From an uncultured Planctomycetales bacterium (GTDB taxonomy: Bacteria; Omnitrophota; Gorgyraeia; Zapsychrales; Fredricksoniimonadaceae), in contig CAZCHB010000001.1 in the NCBI GenBank assembly GCA_964498235.1, positions 1 through 39,715 on the forward strand: a stretch of DNA of 39,715 bases, written 5' to 3'. Both the position numbers and the translations under genes were made by a program. The notes below the pieces were generated by a model, which saw only the letters and a list, made by a program, of their open reading frames with translations, did not search any database and was not told where the DNA came from. Shown piece by piece: positions 8,841-17,207 of the stretch (position 1 is its first letter; each line of letters starts with the position of its first letter).

Positions 8841-9698
8841 TTAAATTTCTTTAAATGACGAAATTCTCCAAATGCTTAAGGCCCCCAAGACCCAAAGCAC
8901 AATACAAATCACAAGCAATCTTTGCCCGTCGGGTGTATTTTTCATTACATCAAAGAAATGCTGATTCCCCGTCGATACGCCAAAATAGAAAAGAATCGGA
9001 AGGCCGGTCATAACCACGGCCTGAATTTTTCCTTGAATGGTCAAAGTCGCCAGATTTTGTTCAATTTTTTTGCGCTCGCGCACGGAGCTGATAATACGCG
9101 CGAAGATTAACGCTAAGTTTCCCCCGGTTTCACGGGCTAAAAGAATCGCCGTTACCATTTGCTGAACAGGCGCGGAGGGCATGCGCTTGTATAAACGGTT
9201 TAAGCTTTCATCTAACGGGACGCCCATTTTGTTCTCGCCTAAGACAATCCCAAATTCCTGCTTGATCGGATCAGGCATTTCATCGACGACCGCTTCAATA
9301 GCCTGAATCAAACTTAAACCCCCGCGGAAAGAACTGGACATGATCATCAGGGCATCCATCAATTGATCATAAAACTTGCGTTTGCGCGCCGCAATCAACT
9401 GGTTTAAGCGCATGCGGGGAATCATAAATCCAAGGGTAAGCCCCGCGATTACAAAAATCATCCGCATTTCTTCAGACGCAAATAAAATGGCCAAGGCCGT
9501 CATAAGCAAAGGAAGAAACAGCATCAGCTGCTGCATTTTCTTGATTTGGTCTTCCGTCAAGACGGCATCATACTTAACGACGAATTTTGCCGCGTTCGCC
9601 TGCGACAAAACGCCGCCGCGGTCAATAAGCAAAGGCAATGCGCCTAACACAAGCAAAACCACTGTCGCAAAAATTAAAGCTAAAGTAATAAAAATCAT
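8841..9698 (-). CDS. tadB: TadB-like inner-membrane platform protein (T2SS-F/GspF family)
   Basis: The 285-aa protein has a T2SSF-like core (LMDALMIMSSSFRGGLSLIQAIEAVVDEMPDPIKQEFG; TIQGKIQAVVMTGLPILFYF) and both N- and C-terminal TM helices. Confidence 0.75.
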   Translation of the reverse strand: MIFITLALIFATVVLLVLGALPLLIDRGGVLSQANAAKFVVKYDAVLTEDQIKKMQQLMLFLPLLMTALAILFASEEMRMIFVIAGLTLGFMIPRMRLNQLIAARKRKFYDQLMDALMIMSSSFRGGLSLIQAIEAVVDEMPDPIKQEFGIVLGENKMGVPLDESLNRLYKRMPSAPVQQMVTAILLARETGGNLALIFARIISSVRERKKIEQNLATLTIQGKIQAVVMTGLPILFYFGVSTGNQHFFDVMKNTPDGQRLLVICIVLWVLGALSIWRISSFKEI

Positions 9699-9716
9699 GT
9701 CGTTGCCTTTATCTCT

Positions 9717-10103
9717 TCAAGGATCACAGTTAGTAGGTCCATTTTCCGACGGATTATTGTTTTCACAGCAATACGCTTTCTGCGCGTCCGTACCGCATTG
9801 CATTCTTGCATTGTCTTCGCATACCTTATCCCTCGGTCCGCATAAGGCAGCCTTGTGGGTAAAACAAACATTGTCATACCACACGCCGTAATCAGTTCTT
9901 AACTGCGCGTACGCGCATTCCGCAGTACGTGCCGTTTGATACTGGCGCCCAAAACCAAAGCTGTCGCCGGAGGTTTTCCAATGCCCGTTGAAAACCCGCA
10001 CAATACGCGGCACAGCAACATATAATGCCCCTAAAATTATCACAATAAGAACCACATACTCAATCATCGCAATCGCCCGTATGTTTGAGTGAACGCGCCT
10101 CAT
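9717..10103 (-). CDS. Pilin-like protein with a Flp/TadE-type N-terminus and a Cys-rich C-terminal half
   Basis: The N-terminus is RAIAMIEYVVLIVIILGAL (IEY followed by a hydrophobic helix). I count 8 Cys in the C-terminal 90 aa. GHWKTSGDSFG resembles the GRWKSTVDDFG / GRLKSSTDDIG motif of the 111- and 123-aa paralogs. The start overlaps the upstream stop by 1 nt (TAATG). Confidence 0.6.
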   Translation of the reverse strand: MRRVHSNIRAIAMIEYVVLIVIILGALYVAVPRIVRVFNGHWKTSGDSFGFGRQYQTARTAECAYAQLRTDYGVWYDNVCFTHKAALCGPRDKVCEDNARMQCGTDAQKAYCCENNNPSENGPTNCDP

Positions 10104-12949
10104 TATAAGGCTCCTTTATCGCATTCAGTCCCGCCGACAAATCTTAATTGAATTTGTTCGCGGCCAGCCCCATTGCGGCCCAATTGATAACGCATGCACG
10201 CCTGAGAACTGATGCCAGAGGGCAATAAGTCTTTGACCACATCCCAGCATGCCCCGCTCTTGACATTAATCATAAAGGCATTGCGTAAGTTTTTCTTGTC
10301 GGCTGAGGTTATTCCCTCTCGGATTAAGGCGTCCAGTGTCGCCTTGCTGAGCCCCACGGCATTGCCGTCGTTATCATCGCGCCCCTCGCCGCAGTATCGG
10401 TTAAGGTCATCATTAATCCTGTCCCAGTCCCTAACCGGTGATCCCGGTTTTGAAAACATCAGTTTCCAGATGGGAAACTTATTCGCAAACGAAACGCCTG
10501 CCTGGCGGTCCTGATCCCAACGGGTAATCTTCGCGGCAACCCTCCCCGTGTGAGCTTGCAGTTCATAACAACGCGTGGAACCTAAAAACCCTTTGGTATA
10601 TGTCCGCACCCACGCCAACCGATTAGGACCACAGTTTCCCTTGGGACAATTGCCCGGACCCGAAACTTCCGCGGAAACAATGTGCCAATACGGTCTCGTC
10701 GATGTTTTTACCGGCGCATCTTTCCACCCATAAATAACATATCCCGGCAATTTACTGGAAGGATCAACTAATACACCGTTATAAATATTAATCAAACTAT
10801 CAATGGGGCCGCCATCTTCTAAGAAGGGTTCTAATTTTGCCAGGAACAGATCAATAGCATTAACCAAATCCCGGGCCTTCGTCTTCATTTCTTTAATTAA
10901 ATCAAGACGGGAATTGAATTTCGTTTTCTGGTATTTTACAAAATAGTCACGGCTGTCTTGCGCCCATTTCATATACAGCGACGGCGTTGAACAAAGATCG
11001 TAAGCTGGCGCAGGCCCTACCAACGAACGCGGTAAATTTTGACAGGAAACAGGCAGAGCAGGCGCCGCACCGCCGGCGCACATTAAAAATGCCGTCTGTA
11101 AATCCGCGGCGCAATCACCGAATTTAACATCATTATCCTTATTGTAATCGAAACAAGCCTCGACGCTCTCCAAGCTTCCCCAGCTCCCTTTTGATAAAAT
11201 ATAATTCTCCTCCGCGGTGGATATCAAATTCAAAGGGTTAGCAAGCGCATTGGCCGGCAAGCACCAGGCATTGTTGGAACTGTCTACGTTATCGGTTTTA
11301 GCAAGCCAGCCATTTAACCAGTCTTTAATTTTATTTAACCGCGGCGGATATTGGCGCAAGCGGCCTTTTCCATCGGGAGTTGCGTCTGTACACTGGTGTT
11401 GGTTGGTAATAGTAGTTATCGTATACGGAGACATGTCGGAACCCGCGTCCATCGTTGTAACCACACACTTCTCCTTAGCAAACCACGTCATGGCATCCGG
11501 ATACCACTGATCAATATTTAACCTCAGCTGTGTAGCATCTCCCTTGCCTAAATTATTGCTCCAGACATAAAATTCTTTCAAACCATAAACAATGTCATCC
11601 CATCCGTCTTCCGGCCACTGCTTCTTATTGATCGATTCGGAACAAGACTTGCATTGCGCAACTCCGTCAACATCAACCGTACACGCACCGCTATGTTTGG
11701 CGCAAACATCATACGGCCAACGGGAGGAACAATACAAATCATAACCTTTCTTCCAATTAAGCCCCGGAAGCGCGCTGTCAATATCATTCGTGCACGTGTT
11801 CTCATCGGCAATCTTATAATCACTCGCAGGAAGAACATTGTCCGTAATGATCCCGGATGCAAATGAGTCCGGTGCCGCCGCAGGGCCGATAGCACGATCT
11901 GGATCTGTCAATAATTTTTCCATCCCCCAAAAAATAGAAAACAGGCCCTTGGCATCGCCTTGATGGGGGTCAAAAGGTCCATCGGGAGACGGCTGACGAA
12001 CCTCGGCATCAACGCCCATCTTGGCTAAAAATGAAGTGCCGTTTTTATAATCAGGGTACGCTGGATCATAGGCATAATAAAACGTGCTCGCGTGCGGCCA
12101 CACCGTGGTATTCGCACAGCCGGGAGGAATATTATCCGCAGAGCAATACCCCGGCCTTAACCTAGGCGCGCTATACGGGTCAAGATTTGGATCTTTAAGG
12201 GGAACACAACATGGGTTGCAATGCGGATCATTAATATCCGTACAAGGAACTGTGATTTCTGCGCTTAACCCCCTTAACGCGTTTAAAAAAAGCGTAAGAT
12301 CATCCGCCGCAACTACCTGTAAGCTTTTTAATCGTTCAGTATAATAAATCCCAAAGCGTGGCACCATGTCCTCTGGCCTGGCTCCGCTAAAACCAATCAT
12401 CCCATTGGTGTTTAAATCAAAAAGATCCGGCACTTGAATTGGATCAGTAACTACATTTTGAATCCCATTCTGCACGCCCTGCTCGACAAATTGCGCGGTA
12501 ATCGGCAAATTAGACTGCATCTTATTCCACAGCCGCGTGAGACCCGGCTGGACAACCAGCACCTGCAAAGCCAGATTTAAAACAGCCATGGCTACCGCGG
12601 CCGCCAATAATGGAGCTGTTGCTGCGCCAAATACCGCTCCGCAGGCCGCGCAAGCCACGCTCAAGAAAACAATGGCAACAACAATAAGCAAGGTCAAAAA
12701 CGCCGCAAAAATACTATTTCTTTTACAAATTTTGGAAACCCCCCCCAAACTAGTCTGCATGACTTTCTCAGCATAACTCGCATAACTGGAGCCCATGGAT
12801 GAGGCGGTCGTTGTCGCCGCTGACATGGTCAAGGTTTTGACTTGGGCAATGCGCTGCCAATTAAGTGAAATGGCAAAAAAGATAATCGCCATGGCGGTCA
12901 GCAAAATCAATATTAAGGACGCCTGTCCTTGGGCTTGTTGTCGTCTCAT
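10103..12949 (-). CDS. TadG-like large pilus-associated protein with a Cys-rich extracytoplasmic region
   Basis: The 948-aa protein begins GQASLILILLTAMAIIFFAISLNWQRIAQVKTLTMSAATTTASSMG, which resembles the TadG/Tad_N pattern. A second hydrophobic block follows, then about 800 aa containing roughly 27 Cys by my count. I saw no obvious vWA MIDAS motif. It overlaps both neighbouring genes, consistent with translational coupling. Confidence 0.55.
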   Translation of the reverse strand: MRRQQAQGQASLILILLTAMAIIFFAISLNWQRIAQVKTLTMSAATTTASSMGSSYASYAEKVMQTSLGGVSKICKRNSIFAAFLTLLIVVAIVFLSVACAACGAVFGAATAPLLAAAVAMAVLNLALQVLVVQPGLTRLWNKMQSNLPITAQFVEQGVQNGIQNVVTDPIQVPDLFDLNTNGMIGFSGARPEDMVPRFGIYYTERLKSLQVVAADDLTLFLNALRGLSAEITVPCTDINDPHCNPCCVPLKDPNLDPYSAPRLRPGYCSADNIPPGCANTTVWPHASTFYYAYDPAYPDYKNGTSFLAKMGVDAEVRQPSPDGPFDPHQGDAKGLFSIFWGMEKLLTDPDRAIGPAAAPDSFASGIITDNVLPASDYKIADENTCTNDIDSALPGLNWKKGYDLYCSSRWPYDVCAKHSGACTVDVDGVAQCKSCSESINKKQWPEDGWDDIVYGLKEFYVWSNNLGKGDATQLRLNIDQWYPDAMTWFAKEKCVVTTMDAGSDMSPYTITTITNQHQCTDATPDGKGRLRQYPPRLNKIKDWLNGWLAKTDNVDSSNNAWCLPANALANPLNLISTAEENYILSKGSWGSLESVEACFDYNKDNDVKFGDCAADLQTAFLMCAGGAAPALPVSCQNLPRSLVGPAPAYDLCSTPSLYMKWAQDSRDYFVKYQKTKFNSRLDLIKEMKTKARDLVNAIDLFLAKLEPFLEDGGPIDSLINIYNGVLVDPSSKLPGYVIYGWKDAPVKTSTRPYWHIVSAEVSGPGNCPKGNCGPNRLAWVRTYTKGFLGSTRCYELQAHTGRVAAKITRWDQDRQAGVSFANKFPIWKLMFSKPGSPVRDWDRINDDLNRYCGEGRDDNDGNAVGLSKATLDALIREGITSADKKNLRNAFMINVKSGACWDVVKDLLPSGISSQACMRYQLGRNGAGREQIQLRFVGGTECDKGAL

Positions 12950-13173
12950 TTCCAGCCTTGGAAAACCGCAGATAAAGGTTTAGGACGATAAAAATCTGTT
13001 TTTAATTGCTCATTAGGATCTGGGCTTTCCGTCAAAGATTTCTCAAAAGTCCAGCGGCGCTCCGCCAAATCCATGCCGGCCCAGCGAAAGATTTGGATCA
13101 GCCCGTACGCTAATAAAAAAAATGCTATTATCACAAAGGTAAATTCAATGGTCGATTGGCCGCGTTTTCTCAT
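12946..13173 (-). CDS. TadE-like minor pilin
   Basis: The 75-aa protein begins KRGQSTIEFTFVIIAFFLLAYGL, which has a G/QxxxEF class-III signal motif. It has 4-nt overlaps with both flanking genes. Confidence 0.65.
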   Translation of the reverse strand: MRKRGQSTIEFTFVIIAFFLLAYGLIQIFRWAGMDLAERRWTFEKSLTESPDPNEQLKTDFYRPKPLSAVFQGWK

Positions 13174-14525
13174 GGCAACCCTCCCGTACTGTCCGTCAGC
13201 CAGAAAATTCCCCGGCGGTCCATCACCCGGGAACGCACATACAGGACCTTGTCCCGTTTACTAAAACACGTCTGGGCCCTGACAACAGAACCGCTGAAAC
13301 AATCATCACGGCAAACTTCGACCGCCGGATTACGCGGGTGCGGCGAATTGCTCCCGTCACAAATAAGCCCCGTGTCACCGCTGACCCCAATACGGCGTTC
13401 AATCAACTCAACCTGATCCGCACGGCTGACACTGCGCACCATCCGCCCGTCCTCGGGATTATACAATTTCCCGTTCTTAACTTTTAAATACGTCCCTTCC
13501 TTGGTGCGCGTATAAATGGCCATGTCCGTCAAGAACCCGTCATTGGCCGATAAATTAATGTCACCTTCCTGAAAATCCAAAACCCTCAGCGTCCTAATCG
13601 CGCCGCCGGGATAATACTGAGGCACCGCATACAGCGTTTCTTCTTCCGCATCGTTATCGATATCATAATAGGGATAATTCGCGTTTGTCGCGTCAATATT
13701 AATGGAGCCCTGAATGCCTCTGACAGCATTCCACTGCCAGGCAATATCTTCGCGGCATACTTTTCCGTAAACGGAAGGCGGATTTCCAGGTCCGCAAACC
13801 AAGGGATCATCGCTAAAATCACCGCCGTTGCGGTTTAAGTCAAACCGTTCCGCCGCAGATATCGTTGAACACGGGTCAGACTCACACCAGCCGGACGTGC
13901 CGCGGGCCACATGCTCATAAAACAATTGACACCCCCGCCATCCCGCCGCATCAGGAACACATTTAAATTCCCAGCCTTTATAGCGGTAAGTCCCATTGCC
14001 GTCGGGATCAGGAGGAGTGGCATATACATCAGCATAGCGTTCTGGACAAGGCGTGATGTTTGTCTTGCACGGTGGCAAAAGTTCTTTATCCATAAGCCTG
14101 GCCATCGTAAATTGAAAATGCTTTCCATTAATAATAATGTCCATCGTCGGCAGATTACCCGGATTATATAAATCAGCTTCATCCACCGGGTACATCAGCC
14201 TATTGGTCATGGTGCCGGATCCTCTTAAATAAAATTGCTGGCGGTCCATGGCGCCGTATTTACCCACTTCCGGGGAAAGCCTGTCTTCAATATACAATAT
14301 GCTGGATGTGTTTCGTCCGACGGTAGGATTATAAGGGTCACCGTACGCCCCCTTGTAGGACAGCATCAGGGCTTCCTTCATGCTTTTTAACTGCTGGTTC
14401 TGCTGGTAGCCTGTCAGCAGGGACGAACGCACAATTGCACCAATAATAAAAATAATGATAGCGCCGAAAACAGCCAGTTCCGTCGCGGCCTGGGCTTTCT
14501 TATAATGTAGGTGCATTATTCTCAT
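13170..14525 (-). CDS. Large pilin-like protein (pseudopilin-type N-terminus, Cys-rich)
   Basis: The 451-aa protein begins KKAQAATELAVFGAIIIFIIGAIV. The remainder is hydrophilic with 12 Cys by my count. Confidence 0.5.
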   Translation of the reverse strand: MRIMHLHYKKAQAATELAVFGAIIIFIIGAIVRSSLLTGYQQNQQLKSMKEALMLSYKGAYGDPYNPTVGRNTSSILYIEDRLSPEVGKYGAMDRQQFYLRGSGTMTNRLMYPVDEADLYNPGNLPTMDIIINGKHFQFTMARLMDKELLPPCKTNITPCPERYADVYATPPDPDGNGTYRYKGWEFKCVPDAAGWRGCQLFYEHVARGTSGWCESDPCSTISAAERFDLNRNGGDFSDDPLVCGPGNPPSVYGKVCREDIAWQWNAVRGIQGSINIDATNANYPYYDIDNDAEEETLYAVPQYYPGGAIRTLRVLDFQEGDINLSANDGFLTDMAIYTRTKEGTYLKVKNGKLYNPEDGRMVRSVSRADQVELIERRIGVSGDTGLICDGSNSPHPRNPAVEVCRDDCFSGSVVRAQTCFSKRDKVLYVRSRVMDRRGIFWLTDSTGGLP

Positions 14526-14533
14526 ATCCGTCT

Positions 14534-14869
14534 CTAATTACTGCCGACGATTGTATTGCCGTTCTTCGTCTCAACCGATGTCGTATTATCTAAACGTGTG
14601 GTGTAATAACCCGGCTGGCCCGTAATAGGATGCAAGTCCAGATGCCCAACGCCAATTTGTGTTTCGGAATTAGAAATTAAGGAATAGTCTGTCTGTGAAT
14701 TGGTGGTGTCCGGATCATATTGCTCGCCGAAATCATCCACCGTTGATTTCCAGCGTCCTTGAAAGCCCCGCTTAAAATACATCTGCATGGTGATAAAAAC
14801 AGCAATAATAATGACCACCAAAACCGTGTATTCCAACGTGCTCTGAGCTTTTCTTTTGAACATCATCAT
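14534..14869 (-). CDS. Flp/TadE-type pilin-like protein
   Basis: The 111-aa protein begins KRKAQSTLEYTVLVVIIIAVF. It is a paralog of the 123-aa product (KRGFQGRWKSTVDDFGEQYDPDTTN versus KRGVQGRLKSSTDDIGDQYSEGNTN). Confidence 0.65.
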   Translation of the reverse strand: MMMFKRKAQSTLEYTVLVVIIIAVFITMQMYFKRGFQGRWKSTVDDFGEQYDPDTTNSQTDYSLISNSETQIGVGHLDLHPITGQPGYYTTRLDNTTSVETKNGNTIVGSN

Positions 14870-14881
14870 ATGCTCCCTGAT

Positions 14882-15271
14882 TTATTTATCATCATCCAAG
14901 GTAAAACCCATATTGGTGATAACTTCAGTTGTTGAGCTTGTCACTTCATTGGCCGTCGTCGTTGACTTATAATTTGACGGATAATAAGTGATGCCGGTGA
15001 TCGCGTTATAAATACCCGTACTTGGAAAATTTTTCTCGTTGACCGAACGCTGGTTGTTAACCCTGCTTTGGGTCGTCATCCGGGTTAGGTGGCTTTGGTC
15101 AAAACTAAAGTCCTGTTCCGCGGCGTTCTGGTAGGCCAACTGGTCGGAGGTGCCGCGTATCACCGTCTGCACCCCGCGTTTAAACGCCGGCCCCATCGCA
15201 TATAACGCCGTGATGACGATGCCTATCAATATGACATATTCCACTATTGTCTGCCCCTGCGTTTTCGTCAT
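14882..15271 (-). CDS. Flp/TadE-type pilin-like protein
   Basis: The 129-aa protein begins TKTQGQTIVEYVILIGIVITALYAM, which has the G/QxxxEY motif followed by a hydrophobic helix. Confidence 0.65.
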   Translation of the reverse strand: MTKTQGQTIVEYVILIGIVITALYAMGPAFKRGVQTVIRGTSDQLAYQNAAEQDFSFDQSHLTRMTTQSRVNNQRSVNEKNFPSTGIYNAITGITYYPSNYKSTTTANEVTSSTTEVITNMGFTLDDDK

Positions 15272-15720
15272 TTCGCATACACCGGTGATATCTGGTTGCT
15301 TTGTGACTGTGCCTGTGTTTGGCTTGAATCCGATTTTGTAAATATGCCAGGCCCTGTCAGCGCCTTGGTTTCTGCGCTGTCTCTCTCAACAATTGAATTA
15401 ACCTGAACATAATACGGCTCATACTCATAGGCCATCTTTCCAGCGTTCATTCCAGCCGCGCCCTGACAATCCGTCGTCCCTTGCGATACATCCACATCCA
15501 CACAGCCTTGAGCCATCATATCAACCATATAAATCTTCGCATCGCGCTCCCTAGCCTGCAGGGTCCGCTGCACATAAATTGAGACGGCCATTATCGCGGT
15601 CACAGCCACAAAAAATGCCACGACAAACTCCGGCAAAACAATTTGTCCCCGATTAGATATCCGCCGCATCATTGCATCATAATAGCCCCAAGCCGGGAAA
15701 TCTTCCCGGCCTGGAGCCAT
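15268..15720 (-). CDS. Pilin-like protein (the true start may be the Met pair at 15672/15669)
   Basis: The 150-aa ORF contains MMRRISNRGQIVLPEFVVAFFVAVTAIMAV. It is a paralog of the 126-aa product (QRTLQARERDAKIYMVD / QRALQARVRDANVYMTS; YEPYYVQVNSIVERDSAETKAL / YEPYYQQSNYEVTRDSVENKRL). Confidence 0.6.
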   Translation of the reverse strand: MAPGREDFPAWGYYDAMMRRISNRGQIVLPEFVVAFFVAVTAIMAVSIYVQRTLQARERDAKIYMVDMMAQGCVDVDVSQGTTDCQGAAGMNAGKMAYEYEPYYVQVNSIVERDSAETKALTGPGIFTKSDSSQTQAQSQSNQISPVYAK

Positions 15721-15744
15721 CCTTATTATACTGTTGACGCTAAA

Positions 15745-16116
15745 CTACTTGCCCCAGTATTCCTGCTGTGAATTCAAGATCTGGGAATTTTCTACCGTGT
15801 TGGTTGTTTCCTTGTCGATCATCTGCGACACAGATATACCCTGCGCGGCTACGCCTGAAGCATTCATACCAAACAATTCCTTGGTCTTTGAATGAACCTT
15901 GGTTTGCTTGATGGCGTTTGTGTTACCTTCTGAATATTGATCGCCGATATCATCGGTCGAACTTTTCAGGCGCCCTTGCACACCGCGCTTGATATAATTC
16001 TGCACGGTCAATAAAGCACCGACAATAATAATGACCAGCACCGCGTACTCCAGGGTGCTCTGGCCGCGGCGATGTCCGCTTAATGGTCCTTTCATCGCAT
16101 GAAAGTGTCTAAACAT
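15745..16116 (-). CDS. Flp/TadE-type pilin-like protein
   Basis: The 123-aa protein has the leader MFRHFHAMKGPLSGHRRG followed by QSTLEYAVLVIIIVGALL. Confidence 0.65.
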   Translation of the reverse strand: MFRHFHAMKGPLSGHRRGQSTLEYAVLVIIIVGALLTVQNYIKRGVQGRLKSSTDDIGDQYSEGNTNAIKQTKVHSKTKELFGMNASGVAAQGISVSQMIDKETTNTVENSQILNSQQEYWGK

Positions 16117-16173
16117 GTTGTGATCCTCCTTGATAAACGTTTCTATCTTTAAACAAAAACCTTTCAGGAAACC

Positions 16174-16554
16174 TTAAATCCCTGAAGGCATTGCTTGATT
16201 TGTAACCGGTTTGGATAAACCAGTAGCATACGTGGTAGTTTGTTCCCCTTCACGGACACGGTTTGTCACCGCGTCGGAACTGATGCCTTCAGCGCCTTCC
16301 GCTAAACGTTTGTTCTCGACGGAATCGCGGGTCACTTCATAATTACTTTGTTGATAATACGGTTCATACTGAACCGAATTTCCTAGTTTGTTTGTTGATG
16401 ATGTCATGTACACATTAGCATCGCGCACGCGCGCTTGTAAGGCACGCTGGGCATATTGCTGCATTGCAATAATCCCGGCAATAACTAAGGCAATCAAAAG
16501 CGCGTATTCCGCGGTGTTTTGGCCTTTTTTCTTTTTTAGAAAGTTTCTAAACAT
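16174..16554 (-). CDS. Flp/TadE-type pilin-like protein
   Basis: The 126-aa protein has the leader MFRNFLKKKKG followed by QNTAEYALLIALVIAGIIAM. An AAGGGGGA RBS lies upstream. Confidence 0.65.
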   Translation of the reverse strand: MFRNFLKKKKGQNTAEYALLIALVIAGIIAMQQYAQRALQARVRDANVYMTSSTNKLGNSVQYEPYYQQSNYEVTRDSVENKRLAEGAEGISSDAVTNRVREGEQTTTYATGLSKPVTNQAMPSGI

Positions 16555-16588
16555 TTTTATTTCCCCCTTTTTAGGAGCTGATTTCTTG

Positions 16589-16616
16589 ATATTAAATAAT
16601 TAATGTTCCCTGTCAA
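16589..16616 (-). promoter_or_regulatory. Candidate internal sigma70-type promoter (TTGACA-16 nt-TAATAT on the minus strand)
   Basis: On the plus strand, TGTCAA at 16611-16616 and ATATTA at 16589-16594 lie upstream of the 126-aa pilin-like gene. Confidence 0.35.
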
Positions 16617-16629
16617 ATTAGGCAATTCT

Positions 16630-16839
16630 TTAATGTGATGAGCCTAATCTGTTGGCCATGTTCGTCATGCTGTTAGTCACCGTTGACAATGATGAGTTCA
16701 GCTTTGATTGAAACGGCCCGGTTGACGAGGTAAGGAACAAAATCGCCACCGAGAGAACGGCTGTCACTAAAACGATGTACTCGACGGTGCTTTGCCCTTT
16801 TCGGCAAGCCTTGTTATGCTTCTTGAATTTATCTAACAT
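16630..16839 (-). CDS. Flp-family pilin (second copy, longer)
   Basis: The 69-aa protein has the leader MLDKFKKHNKACRKG followed by QSTVEYIVLVTAVLSVAILF. A strong AAGGAGG RBS lies upstream. Confidence 0.7.
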   Translation of the reverse strand: MLDKFKKHNKACRKGQSTVEYIVLVTAVLSVAILFLTSSTGPFQSKLNSSLSTVTNSMTNMANRLGSSH

Positions 16840-16873
16840 TTTTTTCCTCCTTAACTACGGAAAAATATAATTA

Positions 16874-17026
16874 TTAATTGGCGAATTCCTCAGTGACCGC
16901 CTTCTGGGTCGCTTGAACGGAACGGAACACATAGGTACTCATCGCGGCAACCGCCGCTGTGACTAACGCCACGACAATGGCATATTCGATTAAGTTTTGT
17001 CCATTGACTTTGTTTAACGCCTTCAT
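16874..17026 (-). CDS. flp: Flp-family pilin, 50 aa (below the ORF-track length cutoff)
   Basis: Translating the reverse complement by hand gives MKALNKVNGQNLIEYAIVVALVTAAVAAMSTYVFRSVQATQKAVTEEFAN. This has the classical G/xxxxEY Flp motif and a hydrophobic helix. It is the first pilin gene of the cluster and has a leader of about 180 nt. Confidence 0.75.
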   Translation of the reverse strand: MKALNKVNGQNLIEYAIVVALVTAAVAAMSTYVFRSVQATQKAVTEEFAN

Positions 17027-17207
17027 CGTGATGTCCCCATGCGCCGTAAAGACGGCTTAGGCCTGTGCTTAAACTCCCATCATTAGTTTAAGCGGAATTC
17101 TTTTAAAGGCCGTTGATTTATGTAAAAGCCCCAAAGGGCTGGTAATACAATGCTTCAATCTGCTATAAGTATGCCATATAATATAGCCAGCGTCAACCTT
17201 GTGAATG

